DNA of 47,454 bases, filler included, from Nemertoderma westbladi (taxonomy: Eukaryota > Animalia > Xenacoelomorpha), in the NCBI GenBank assembly GCA_032718475.1. It is 2 parts of 2 records of this genome, joined end to end, with 100 filler letters (N's around TTAATTAATTAA, not from the genome) between each part and the next. Parts side by side here need not be neighbours in the genome. Positions count along the whole stretch, not along the records: positions 1 to 30,502 come from JAUCBJ010005036.1; 1 more part is not named here. One strand, 5' to 3'. Below, piece by piece: positions 1 through 12,480 of the stretch. Position 1 is the first letter of the stretch, and each line of letters starts with the position of its first letter. The position numbers and the translations under genes were made by a program. The notes under the pieces are model-generated. The model was not told where the DNA came from. It saw only the letters and a list, made by a program, of their open reading frames with translations, and made no database searches.

Positions 1-159
1 ATAACATTTAGAGAGCAGTAGAATGACCCCATTATGGTCCTTGGTGTACAAACTATATATCATTCGGAAGCTTGAAAATTTTCCTACATTCTCAGATTAG
101 TTTTTGGAGGATACAAATACTTCCGTTCCAGTAACAGCATAAAATATTATTAAATTTCA

Positions 160-1560
160 ATATGACCCCTGTAATGTCCCAAATGTTAAATAGAGGTTCG
201 AAAGAAGCTATAAGAAGTTATCAGTCGGTATGATGATGCGCAAATCCAGCCTCAATTATTACAGAACACAATAAAAAAAACCTTATTGAAAACGATCCAG
301 TAGTTGCCGAGATTTTAACATCTATATGTGACAAACCCGGTATGTTCAAGATGTTTTGTCCCATGTTTTCCATTACTAATTCTGCATATAAATTTGCATG
401 TAACATTTTGAATTAACAAAATAAAGTTATTATAGCAGATTAAAACATGGGCAATACAGCCATTGTTACTTCCAACTTCAATATTAAAGTGTGCTCCCTA
501 CACATTCAATATCAAGATCAATTTGTCCCTCCATGTAATGGCCCTGTAATTGTCCCACAAATTACGTGTGCGAGATGCCATTACAGTGAGGGACTGTCCC
601 TTCTCTGTAATGGGAAATTTAGTATTGATTCTATGGCACACTAATTGGTGGGAAATTTGAAAAGCATCTGTATTTGGTCATTTAATTTCAGGACTTAACT
701 TTTCTGTTTTAATTAACTTACACCGTACCATTCTACTAACATAGATTAATTATGTATGGTCCGTTAAATTTACAAAATGGAAACACGAAACCATGCCTTC
801 CACCATGCGAACTATTATGTACGAAGCATTCAAGTGCAGTGAAAGACTTCGCTATTTTGGATTTTACAGGGTTTGATATGTCGGATGCTGAACTTTACCC
901 CTCAATTATTGATTCTCTCCAATTTTTGTCTGAATGAAAACTTTATATAATTTCGAAGTTTATTGAATTTCGAATTCACTCTGTCCGAACTAATTTTGTT
1001 TCTAGGCTATTGTAGCAACTTACGAATAGTTTGGAATTGTCTGATTTTGGTTTCTTTTCTGTGGTCGATTATATTAATTTTTAAAAATAATACACAATTT
1101 TGACAAAACTTATCTTTCTCGGAAAACTTACTAAAAAGTTATGTATGGAAAATTTACTAAATACATACGTACATGACTATTATATTGTTACAACGTGGGG
1201 ACATCGCATTACACGGTAGGCCTACCAATAGATGAATATATTGTTACAGGGCTGGGACATCGCATTACAGGGGCAATTTACAGCCTAAAAATTCGTATTA
1301 CATGGAGGGACAAACCATTACAGGCGGGACACATACTTTACCTTGATTATTTCTTTAAGATTTTATCTAACATCTCGGAGATTGTCACCATTGAATTCTC
1401 CTTAAAAAATGCTTTCAGAATATATATAGTTTTGTATGGTTTCAATGGAGTTCAAATTTCAGGAATATTTCAGTTCTATTTGGCCACTTTCGGTGAGAAT
1501 CACCCGTCTACATTATTGTATGTTCTACACAATTATTCATTACAGGGTCTTTTAATGACA
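160..1560. repeat. Degenerate repeat with inverted subterminal-type motifs (probable non-autonomous DNA transposon remnant)
   Basis: Perfect 18-bp inverted pair tttgtccctccatgtaat (522-539) / attacatggagggacaaa (1297-1314). Recurring ccctgtaat / attacaggg motifs in opposite orientations. No credible ORF; boundaries uncertain. Confidence 0.4.
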
Positions 1561-1759
1561 ATGTTCTGCTAATTAATTCCCGTACATTATCATATGCCTC
1601 AATGTTACAACTAACATTGACAGATTAAAACTTGTTACGATTAAAAAAATGCATAGGCAAACAGAATTTGCCTACCGATTTATCTCTAATTAAAAAATTA
1701 CGTCCTAAATTAAGTTGATTTTTGGTATCAAATTGTTGTGAGTCATAAAATATTCTTAA

Positions 1760-2270
1760 ATTATTACTTTTTTCTCTCGAATCGTACCCCAAAATCTGGA
1801 GAAAAAGTTTCAAATTTTTCCCTAGTTGGAAAATAAACCCATAGGATTGCTTTAGCATTGCCATAGCATTGCATTGATTTTACTTTTTTCCCGGCGAAAA
1901 AATTAAAATAAAATATTTTTGGTGTGTTGAAAGAGTAACGACGTAGAAAAGGTTTGCAAGTAATTAGAGCAAAATCCATTACACACTCAAAAGTTATTGC
2001 AACTTTAGTTTCTGCAAGGCGAACTCCAAAACGGATTCAATATCCAATATTGGTTTATGTTGTTAAGCGGCTCTCTAGTTACGTAATAAATATTCGAGAA
2101 CACTAAATTATTTAACATTGAGTAAGGCAACATCGAGAGTTGAAGAGTACAATAATAGGAATCGTAGTAATTATGGAAGCAAATATAGTAAAATACTGCA
2201 GTTCAATTTATTTTGTAACAAAAAAAGTACCAATTTAAGAATAAAATTATTTCAACTCAATATATACTTA
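1760..2270. repeat. Dispersed repeat family member
   Basis: 2160-2255 matches 13570-13710 in inverted orientation (aaaatactgcagttcaatttattttgtaaca). 1830-1935 matches 33820-33930 directly (aacccataggattgc...gcattgattt). Confidence 0.6.
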
Positions 2271-4220
2271 AGTAAAGATCTATATTTAACATCTTACTTA
2301 CCGTGTAATTTTACTGATGTGAGAAAATGGAAAGATTAGGAAATTTTAATTGTTGTTTTAGTAAAAATTAGTCAAACAAATATTGGTAAAGGGGATACTG
2401 TTTATATAATTAGTACAATAATACTAGCTAATAGCTTAGTAATACTACAGTACTAATACTATACATACAGCTGCTCCTCTTTATATGCAGTTATGGTGAC
2501 GAGTTGTTTACTTCTTTCTTTACTTTATATGATTACCATGACTGATTGTTGTTCATAATATTATTACTTATATTGCCCATCACCAAGACTTTGCTGTATT
2601 TATTGTGCTATTTCACATTTTTGTCATTTATTTATTCTGCGATTAGTTAATTATCCCGACAATAAACAATGTGTTGTTTATTATTTCATTGATATTATTT
2701 TTCCTTCACTAATCTGCATAAAGTATGAAGCCTACAACTGTACTGCCAGTAGGTATTTAAGGGGGCATGGCTACGGCAGCTGCGGGGAGGGGGGATGTCT
2801 TTCACTCTGGTTTGCTCCTCCTATAATAATGATATTTAGCAAACCAGTAGAGATCAATATGCTAGGCGTTGAATTCTCTAATAAAGAGGCACTTTATTTT
2901 ACCACCTTGCATTATTTTAACCTGTGGTGTTTTAGGAATTCTACGGAGCCCCTAAAGGGGCATTTAGAAAAATGAAACCTAAGACGAGATTTCGCAGCAT
3001 CTTATTGAAATCTAAAAAAATTAGGGGGTGGGGGGGGGGGGTGGGGGGTCTGTCGACCTGGAATTAGAGATGGTGGAATGGAAATATAACATTCTTTTTA
3101 TTCCAACTTCACTGCTTTAATATTTCATTCAATCACTCCTAACGTCCGAGGTAATCTTTATCGGATCGAATAACGAAATCGAATTGTCAATTTTACAAAT
3201 AATAATTATTGAGTTGTGGAAGAGTTTATAAAATAAGATTAGTTAGGAAACAAGTAAAATATTTAATCAACATGGGGTTACAATAGGTTTGCTGTTCATT
3301 TATCGGTATTCCTGCCAAATCGACAACCAAACACAAAAACATCGAGACAAAATGTGGTATTTTTCGTTATGATTAATTTATTATGAAATTATGAATATAA
3401 TTGTTAGCTTCCTTCCTTTCATACACACATTTTATGTAATATAGGACAAATAGGAGGTGTAAAAATAAAATTATATAAATATATCCAGGAGCAACGCTGA
3501 CAACAAACTGAAAATAAAACTTATTTATTTATTAAAACAAGTTGCGCTAAGTTAGAGGTAAGTAGTGGCCGTGTTGGTTTGATATTGATACCTACATAAT
3601 AGACGACCTACATAATTAAAAGATTATTTAATAATTTACTCTATTTAAATAATATATTTACTAAAACACAAAACAAAAATAATTTTAATTTCAGCACTAT
3701 ATGTTAAATATTAACTAAACTAAGTAATCCATACCCCCCCCCCCCCCCCCCCCCACACACATACACTTACTGTACTAATAAATATGAGCTTATCATTAAT
3801 TTAACGTTAACTAAACATTAATAATATAACACATAAGAAGCACTAAGATATATTGGTTTAAAAAATAAACACTAAATTATTGTTCGATGAATAATTACGA
3901 TTTGTAGAAGCTGGCATGGAACGAACGACTAGGCAGTACTGCACTACTAAATCACTGCACTGGTGTCCGGGACACAAACAACAAACACTGTTAACAACAA
4001 CTCATCTCAACATCAAACAGAACCTTCATCTATAAGTATTATCCAATATCGATATTATCGCAATAATTGGAGACTTCTTCTGATTAATAGCCAATCTGTT
4101 AGTAAATAATCTATGAAGAGTAAAATACGATCTGATCTAAAACAAACATTCAATAACTAAAATAAACAATGTTATTTATAAGTAAGTGGTTAAACGAGGT
4201 GAGTTAGTTAAGTTGGTTGT

Positions 4221-5612
4221 CTAAAACGGTCCGCTCTCAAAGCACTTCATTTTCTTTCTGGGTGGAGGCAACAACGGGGACTCGAAGTCTCTAAAGTAAT
4301 CGCTAATGAGGCCGTCGTTAACGAAGGATTCCAGAAGGTCCAGGTTGTTGTGGTCGGGGGACTCTGTCGTTGTGTCGAGTCGTTCGTATATCGTATCATC
4401 GGAAGTAGAGTTACACCTAAGCGATTCATAGAGTGGGTCTGTAATGGAGCGTTCAGAGCGTACTGATTGGTAGAGGGGGTCGGTACTGTAGCGGTTGGAG
4501 CCTACTGATTGGTAGAGTGGGTCTTCCTTAATGCCCATCTCTATGTAAGTATCGTCTACATGTTCCGTAGGTTTCATTTCGGTGTAAGTCAAGTTATTAT
4601 CGACGCACACGTAGGTGACTTTATCTTCCAAAGAAACCGCGTCTAATTCAATAAACTTTGCAGAATTATTTCTGCTATCAGTTACAGACTTACTTCCCGC
4701 GGTTACAGTTCCGCAGTTCTCTTTATTTTGGGTTTCTGTAAGATTAGTACTTGCGCATTCTCCGAGAGCCGATATGGTTCCTAAAGATATTCCCCGTGGA
4801 ATACACGCGTCTTCGTTTTTAAACGTTTCTTTACTCGGCTGTTTATAAAGAATTGGTTTAACGCCGAGAACGCAATTCTCGGGCTCGGCTCGAAACAGAC
4901 TGGCTGTCGTGAAGCAAGATGATTGCGGTAGAGATGGGAGATGGCGTTTCGAATAGGTCCCGGGATTCTTCGTCTCAGAGACTTTTGTTTGCATTGGAAG
5001 CGGCATAGCCGGTCGGTTCTTAATATCGTCTAAGGAGAGCTGAGGGACTAGTCTGTGTTTGCGAGCGACTCTATTCTGACAAGGAGGCAGTGTTTTTGAA
5101 CTTCCAGGGGAATCATAACACGGATAATTCCCGTCAGTAAAATTTGGCGAATTATTTACTTTATATTTGGCTCCTATAATAACATCGGTTGCGCTACAAG
5201 AGGAAGGAATAAATCGTCTTCCCACAGGAGAAACCGCGTCGTCGATTCGTTTAAAGAGCCGTCTTCCGGCTTTCTTCAAAGGAGATTCGCGAAGGCGATT
5301 CAAGGCTTCGGTGAATTCGTTGTTAGTCGGTGGCGGTTGCGAGGTGTCCACTCCGGTGTATCGCGATGAATGCGCGGTTCTGTCGGTCCTACGTGTGTAC
5401 GTTGCCCCGCAACCGATGTACGTCATCGGGGAGACATCCGGGAGGTTGTTGTACAGTGATTGGAGACATCGACGTTTGATGGATCGGTCCTTACCATGCG
5501 GGAAGTATTGAAGTTCCCCGTCGCTCAACGAACCGGAATCATATTTGGAGTTCCGTGGCGCTGGCGAGTTGTTATGGTGATAGCGCCAAGGAGGACATGG
5601 TGACCATGACAT
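4221..5612 (-). CDS. Uncharacterised, probably disordered protein (463 aa from first ATG) with Pro-rich SH3-ligand-like motifs and tandem tyrosine-phosphorylation-like motifs
   Basis: 1.4-kb uninterrupted ORF with raised GC against AT-rich flanks. First ATG at 5612; an in-frame acceptor (ctcatttgcag, 5631-5641) lies just upstream, so it may be a terminal exon. Motifs RPAMPLP, RHLPSLP, YTEM, YIEM, DPLYQSV x2, DPLYESL, DTIYERL. Confidence 0.75.
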   Translation of the reverse strand: MSWSPCPPWRYHHNNSPAPRNSKYDSGSLSDGELQYFPHGKDRSIKRRCLQSLYNNLPDVSPMTYIGCGATYTRRTDRTAHSSRYTGVDTSQPPPTNNEFTEALNRLRESPLKKAGRRLFKRIDDAVSPVGRRFIPSSCSATDVIIGAKYKVNNSPNFTDGNYPCYDSPGSSKTLPPCQNRVARKHRLVPQLSLDDIKNRPAMPLPMQTKVSETKNPGTYSKRHLPSLPQSSCFTTASLFRAEPENCVLGVKPILYKQPSKETFKNEDACIPRGISLGTISALGECASTNLTETQNKENCGTVTAGSKSVTDSRNNSAKFIELDAVSLEDKVTYVCVDNNLTYTEMKPTEHVDDTYIEMGIKEDPLYQSVGSNRYSTDPLYQSVRSERSITDPLYESLRCNSTSDDTIYERLDTTTESPDHNNLDLLESFVNDGLISDYFRDFESPLLPPPRKKMKCFESGPF

Positions 5613-5865
5613 AATATTCTGATATATAGTCTGCAAATGAGAACTACTGCTGGCTGCGGAATTAAAATGAATTGAAATAAAACTATACTGGACACGGTCT
5701 TCCTAAACGCTGGCTGCTACCGGTGAAATGCTACCAGGATGCGATGATCTAAGACATAACAGCATGAACTACAGAACTAAGCCTAATGCTGTAATGCACA
5801 TACTGACATGACACTGTAACAGCATACTGGCATAACCGAAACTAATTATAGGGTCCTACTGCCTA

Positions 5866-8731
5866 GTGTTATTTTTTTTTAACAAATGTAAGCCGTCCCA
5901 TGGCCATGGCCGTCCACTATTTGATTGGAATAATTTTAATGAATCGAAATTTCTGTTTGATTTAAATAATCCGTGTAACTGGGATTATGAGCACGCTAAT
6001 AATGCTAATGAGCGTTTTAAGTGTTTTTATAACAACTTTGAATTATTGTGCAATAAGCATCTAAAATACAAAATAGTGCCAAAAAATGTTCCACGTAAAC
6101 CATGGTTAACATCCTCTCTTGTCAATTCAATTAATACGAAAAATAAATTGTACCGTATATCCAACATGCATAATCCAACGCCTATTTATAATGTTTTCTA
6201 TCAGCGATATCGTAACAAATTAACTCACCTACTACGTGTAGCTGAACGTGCTTATTATTATAACCAGTTCAACTTTAATCAAGGCAATATGAAAAAAAAA
6301 CTTGGCGTACGATTAACAGAAGTTTATCTGGCAAATCTAAGTCAAGCAGCCCAGTAAAACTACCGTACATTTTAAGAATGGTGCACAAACTGTTGTGCTT
6401 GAGGAACCTCAATGCATAGCGACAGCATTTAATGATTTTTATTCTTCAGTAGATTCCGGTATATAAAGGAGACTCTCCTGTAGATGTAGGTAATTATAGG
6501 CCCATTTCAGTTCTCCCATTATTCAGTAAAGATTTTTGAGCGTGTAATCTATGACCAGCTGATTTCTTATTTTAATAGTAAAATCATTATTGTATCCGAA
6601 ACAATTTGGTTTTCGTAAGAACCACACAACATTTCAAGCTTTTATTATTCCTAATGACCGAAAAAATTCGTGAAGTTTTCGATAATAAAGAATGTGCTTG
6701 TATGATAAATATCGATCTCAAAAAGGAGTTTGACACGCTGAATCACAACATTTTATTAAAAAAAACTTGATGTGTATGGTGTACGTGGTAGGATTCATGC
6801 ATTGTTGAAACATTATTTGTGTGATCGTACACAGTTTGTAGTCAAAAAAACAATTAATGTTCTAGAACTAAACCTATTTCATGTGGAATCCCACAAGGAA
6901 GTATTTTTAGAAGCTCTTTTTGATTTATATTAATGATCTACCGAATTCTTCATCTTTTTGTTCAGTTCTGTTTGCTGACGATAACAATCTCTTAGCAATG
7001 TTAAAAAATGTGTCTGATTTAATTGGTGCGGTTAATATACTGTAAACTTGGACATGCTAAGTGATTGGCTGAGTGCTAATAAATTATCCCTAAACCTATC
7101 AAAAACTGTGGCGTCTTTCGATATTGCGATAGTAAACGCTGACGCCCCCTCATACTGTATGCTCTCCGGCCCTTGGACTCTGTCCTCCAACGACAGAGAG
7201 TCCGAGCCAAGAAGGTGCACTACAGCGCGGTGTGCGAAGATAGAATGTTCTCCTTCACCCCCCTTGTCGGAACCACCGATGGGGTATGGTGCAAGGAGAC
7301 CGAGATCTTCATCAGCCACCTCGCTGAGACCCTAGTGGCTCGGCGGCAGGGGATGCGGCATGCGGGTACGCGGCCTAGCCTTCGTTCTCGGAGGAGTTCG
7401 GAGGCGGCTTCGTGCTCCTCTGCTCAAACTCTCTTTGTCTGCGTGGTGGCCGGCGACCATGGAGGGCGCTGGGCTTTGGGGATGGTGCGGGTCTGCGGGG
7501 CAATGACCTCGCAGACCGATATTAATCCCCGGTGCACACTTTTTTTTAATTGTATTGTTTATTTATTTATTTTTTAATTGTATTGTTCTGATAGGGGGTG
7601 GGAATTTGGTGCAGTTTTATATTGACTTATTTATTTGATTAATTAAAAAAATTAAAGTAGTAAAATGTATTAGCCGCAAATCAAAAACTGAATATTTAAT
7701 ATTCTGTAATTCAATGTACGACCGAGGGTCTCTTTCAAAAGTTAAAATTAAGCAAAATAAACTTAAGGAAGTGCTTTATAGTACCGGTCAGCCGGTAGGC
7801 CTACCAAATATCTAGGAACTACGGTAGATAATGAACTTAATTTTACGTGCCATATTAACTACGTTTTAAAAAAGATATCAAAGTCCATAGGTATTTTCTA
7901 TAAACTGAGACATATGTTTCCATTATCTATTTTGAAATTATTGTATTTTTCTTTAATACTCTAACATCCAGTACTCTCTTATTGTTTGGAGATCGGCGTG
8001 TGCATCTCACACTTATCGTATCAAAGTTCGTGTCAATAAATTACTACGTGCAATTACTTTCAGCGACTGGAGTTCGCCGTCAAGCCCATTGTACAAACGT
8101 TTAAATATTCTACCCAGTATCTGAACTACTGTATATAGACTCCAAGTAGCGCAAACCATGTTTGATGTTTTTCACAACAGTCGACACCAATTATCTCATT
8201 TATTTTCTAAAGTAGAAAACGTCCACAGATATCAAACTATGAACTAGATCTGCATCAAATAATTTATTTTTTGTTCCACGTGTGTCTTAGTCGTTGCTCA
8301 AAATGGTCTAACTTACCAAGGGCCAATTATTTGGAATAATCTTCCATCCAGCATTAGGAATTGTATGTCTAAAGGTAGCTTCACCAATAACTTGAAGAAA
8401 TTCCTTTACCAATCTTTGTAGTACTGTAGTAATGCCTATCTCTAGAGAAGTTCAGTTATATTGTTAATAATTATTTATGTGGTAATATGCGGTATCTGTT
8501 ATTTGTGACTATTTGTTTACTGAATATATGATGGTGCTTTTCATTTATGATGGTGCTTTTCATCTATAAACATTTGACATGATAACACCTAACCTAGAGT
8601 AGCCACTAGCTACTAGCATACAAATTGCTATATTAGCCCATGGTTGTATAATATTTGTAACATATATATACATATATTGTGTGGTTCGCCTAATACATTT
8701 ACAAGGTAAATAAATGAAATGAAAATGAAAT
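5866..8731 (+). mobile_element. Decayed L2/CR1-group LINE ORF2 and 3' UTR (frameshifted, interrupted)
   Basis: KPWLTSSLVNSINTKNKLY...YRNKLTHLLRVAERAYY linker; NYRPISVLP (~6492); IDLKKEFDTLNH (~6710); GIPQGS (~6885); FADD-like tttgctgacgat (~6971); TKYLGTTVDNELNF (~7803). Ends in a (gaaat)n-like tail at ~8710-8731. Confidence 0.85.
7109..7590 (+). mobile_element. 3' fragment of a CRE-like non-LTR retrotransposon (restriction-like endonuclease C-terminus) inserted in the LINE
   Basis: Abrupt GC-rich block. Translation across frameshifts gives FDIAIVNADAPSY...KKVHYSAVCEDRMFSFTPLVGTTDG...FISHLAETL...SLCLRG...ALGFGDGAGL, followed by a T-rich tail. Confidence 0.7.
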
Positions 8732-9054
8732 GTGTTTGAATAAAGTTCGAGAAGCAGAGACACCGTCGTAACGTAAACATGGAAGGAATTGCATGGTTGT
8801 ATAGGGTATTATTAATATTATTATATTGAATTAAACTTTAAACTTAACTTTCCATCAGTCAGCCGTAGCTCAAGCTGTCAAGTACAAGTAGCACAGATAT
8901 GAGGTACGGTATACATGGTATAGTAATAATTTCTGAATTTGTAATGCATTGTAACGTTAACGTACTGACGTAGGCACTAGGCAGGTAGGCCTTGTTTTTA
9001 GATGCTACTACAGTATTCATGATAACTACGTATTCTATAAATCAATACAGCAAT

Positions 9055-10214
9055 ATGCCCACCACTAGAAACTCCTCCACGTACGACCCTGTTAGGGAAG
9101 TTCTGGATATATTGCACAACTGGTCTGAAGGCCAGAATGCCGTTCTCTCTAGTACTGAAATCGCAACGATCCTAGAAAACATCGCTAAACACCTCGAAAC
9201 CGCTACGGAGGAATTCTACAAACTCGATCCCGACCCCATGGACGACCGGCATCCGGCCCGGATACTTCCAGACTGTCACCTAGCAACCCTACTCAAAACA
9301 ATATTCAAAAACGACGATTTTATGTACAAACTAGTGCACGAATACATACTGGCGTACGTTGGTGACACTGAGCTGCACACAGCTGCGTGTCGTGTAGCCC
9401 TGAGTCTGGTTCCAGGAATGGAGACCACTATGTTGTTCCAGGATGTAGACAGTCTGGTTAACCAGCTAGTCGACTGGGCTCTAGGCGATGTAGACCCTCT
9501 GCGCTATTACGCGATGGGTCTACTCGCAAGCGCTTTCGAGTCTCCTCAAGTCGTATCCAACACGCGAGACAGAAACGAGATTCTCGTTCCGGAGATGCTA
9601 AAACTGTTGCCGCAACTCCGTGTCGCCATGGAGTCGGAACACTCGCGTCGGAGCGACGGTATGACTCGTCCTTTCGCTTGTTTCTCCGCGGAGACGCCAG
9701 GGGGCGCTGAACAACCATCGCAGACATCGAGTGACTTAAACGGAACGGAGTGTTTAGTGGATGAAGACGATAAACCAATCGAGGAGGTTAAACGAATCGG
9801 AGATAACAATACCCCTGAAACTAATAACGTTTCTATTACGACGCCATCTAAAGGTACTCCTTTACGCAAACTGCGACGATTGAAACGTAAGTTACGCAGC
9901 GGTAGCCCGAGTAGCAGTAAGCGACTGGCCTTGGATCGCTCGGCCCCTTCGGAAGGTAACTCCAACTCGAGCTGGGCCGATATGAGTCCGTATATGATCG
10001 GTACTTACCAACTGGATCCGCTCTCTATCGAGATGAAACAGAGACTCGTTCTCGCGTTGCTGACCCCCCTTGGCGAGTACCAGGACCTCCTAACTCACGT
10101 GTTCGCTAACAACGCCCTCGACTTCGTCATGTACTACCTCAGTGTCAGCAACACCCACGACGTCCGGCTAACCTGCCAGGCCCTAAAGTACCTAGCGGCT
10201 CTCCTTTGCCACAG
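9055..10214 (+). CDS. DCAF1: DDB1- and CUL4-associated factor 1 (VprBP), coding exon 1
   Basis: DPDPMDDRHPAR, LLKTIFKNDDFM, SNSSWADMSPYMIG, LTPLGEYQDLL and LKYLAALLCH match the DCAF1 N-terminal region. Donor AG|gtaatg at 10215 (phase 2). Start ATG at 9055 is inferred. Confidence 0.93.
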
Positions 10215-10359
10215 GTAATGCCAGTATAATTTAATCTCGTCGGTGTATGTTTTACTGTTTTAGTATCAGAGAAATATTCCCAAATATCAGAAATTAATTG
10301 ATCTTGAACATCGAGAGAATAGAAAACGTCTGATTTTTTGTTTATCCGTAGATTTCACT

Positions 10360-12480
10360 AGTCTGAATTAGACCGAAAAAATTTATCGAAGAAATTTAAT
10401 GGCGTGGTTAATGGTTATTTTGCAGCACCAAAGTTTCAAGTAGTTAACAATTTTCATAAAATTTGAAAGTTACAATTTTCGGCTAATCGATTTACAATAC
10501 CGGTTTTCTGCGGCACTGAATCCATTGGAAGATATTTCAAAAAGATATGATTACTATAAATGAGGGATGTGCCGGTTTGACCTTTTTCAAACCGGCCAGA
10601 CCGGAACCGGAACCGGATTTGTAAAAAAAACTCCTGGAATTCGCTCCCATGCGGAATTCGCAAAAAAATTCCGGCCAAAGCCAAGCCGGATTTTTTTATA
10701 TTTCACCATAACCATTTGCACCATAACCTACGCCGATTTAATATTTGCTAATTTGATATCGGCCCAATGAATTGATTTGATGTTGTTAAATGTAAAATAT
10801 GAAAATGAAATGAAATACAGTGAAAATTGAAAAATAGAACGATGTAATAATACAGTAGCTGTAGTTTTTTTATACTCTCTGAGTTAAATGGGATTTACTA
10901 GAGTTTCTAAATTGCCTGTCGAATATATAAACTGGTCATTCACGGCGGTAAGCTTAATCTTAATTTATAACAATACCTAGACCAAACATCAACGCTTGCG
11001 CGCTGGCTGGGACAATATAGAATTTATTGACTAATTATAATTAGTATGGGCTGGGTATACTTGTACTAATTCATTAAGTGTTAGTGGGGCTGAGCCCAAC
11101 AAAATACAATTATTAATGGCAAAAAAGTAGTCAGTCAGCTCAGCATGTAGATAGTCATAAAATTATAGCTCTGCTTTAGACTTTATCATAATTCATAACA
11201 TGAATAATGAAGATGATACAAACTATCAAAAAAATTGTATTGTATTCCATTGTTTAAATTATGTTTATGTTTATGCTTATGTTTAAATTTGTTTGAATTT
11301 GAAAGAAAATGTATTATGATGTTTTTTTGGAAAATTTATATTAATTGTAAATTTTGTTAACAATTTGTTGAAATGGAAATCCGGCCAAAAAATTGAAATC
11401 CGGCCGGAGCCGGAACCTGATTTTTTTCTCAAAATCCGGCCGGAATTCCGGCCCGGCCGGATATCCGGCACACCCGTACTATAAATGGCAGTTTTAGTCT
11501 TCTACGTTGGTACAAAATGAAAAAAAAACAAGTAACCAGCACTTTTCAGTTTGAACACCAAATTTTTAATTCACTTAAACGATGCTATAAATTCACATTT
11601 TCATGTTTTCTGGGGCACTGATATTAATGGAATACATTTCTAATTTACCAGATCATTGCTACTCGTATTTTTGGCGTCATATGGAAAATTTTTTTGATAG
11701 CACCAAATTTCGTACCCATCACCAAAAAGTACAAGTTTGAGATGTCCAGTGCTGTTTTTATTGATTCCATCGGATTCAGGGCCGCCATAAACCCGTATAG
11801 CGCAAGAAACAATATGATACTATTTATTGATTATTTTCAAAAATTTTGTGCTGGCACCAAAATTTCACCCACCCCGAAAAATACAAGTTTGAGAACTCTT
11901 ATGCCATTTTTACTTATTCCATTGAATTCAGAACCCCCATAAACCTCTAAAACGTGGGAAATAAGTCGTCATAATCAATTGTATTTTAAAAATTTCGTGC
12001 TGGTACCAATTTTGCACACAGCCCCGAAAAATACAAGTTTGATATTCCATCGAAACCAGAACCCCAAAAAATCCCTATTGCGCAAAAAACAGGTCCAACC
12101 AATCAATTCAGCAAATAGACATATAGGTACTTCAAAATTTGGTGCTGGCACCAAAATTTGGCACCCACCTAAAAAACAAGTTTGAAATTTGTAGCTTATT
12201 TTATATGAATTCATCTAATTGCAAACACGAAAAACGGTGTAAATCAAAAATAGAGATGTTACAAATCATATTTCAAGAAATGCAATTTTCTAAAAACGTC
12301 TCAAAATTTGTGCCAAAAGAAGGGTTAAAAATGGTGATATAACTTGAAAGCTCCCCATTATTTTTAAAAACCGTTTTCACTATTAGGAAGACAATAGATT
12401 TTTAGGAAAAGCCATAAAATTGCAGATTCCCAACTGCAATTGCCCTCCCCCCCCCCCCCCCCCCCCCCGGTTTAATAGGA
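10360..12480. repeat. Older repeat with internal ~130-170-bp subrepeats, host of the hAT MITE
   Basis: Recurring gcaccaaa...ccccgaaaaatacaagtttga blocks at ~11700, 11850, 12000 and 12145; C-tract near the right end. Boundaries approximate. Confidence 0.5.
10562..11478. mobile_element. hAT-type MITE in DCAF1 intron 1
   Basis: Imperfect TIRs gagggatgtgccgg / ccggcacacccgta. 8-bp TSD ctataaat at 10554-10561 and 11479-11486. Subterminal ccgg-rich repeats at both ends. Confidence 0.85.
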
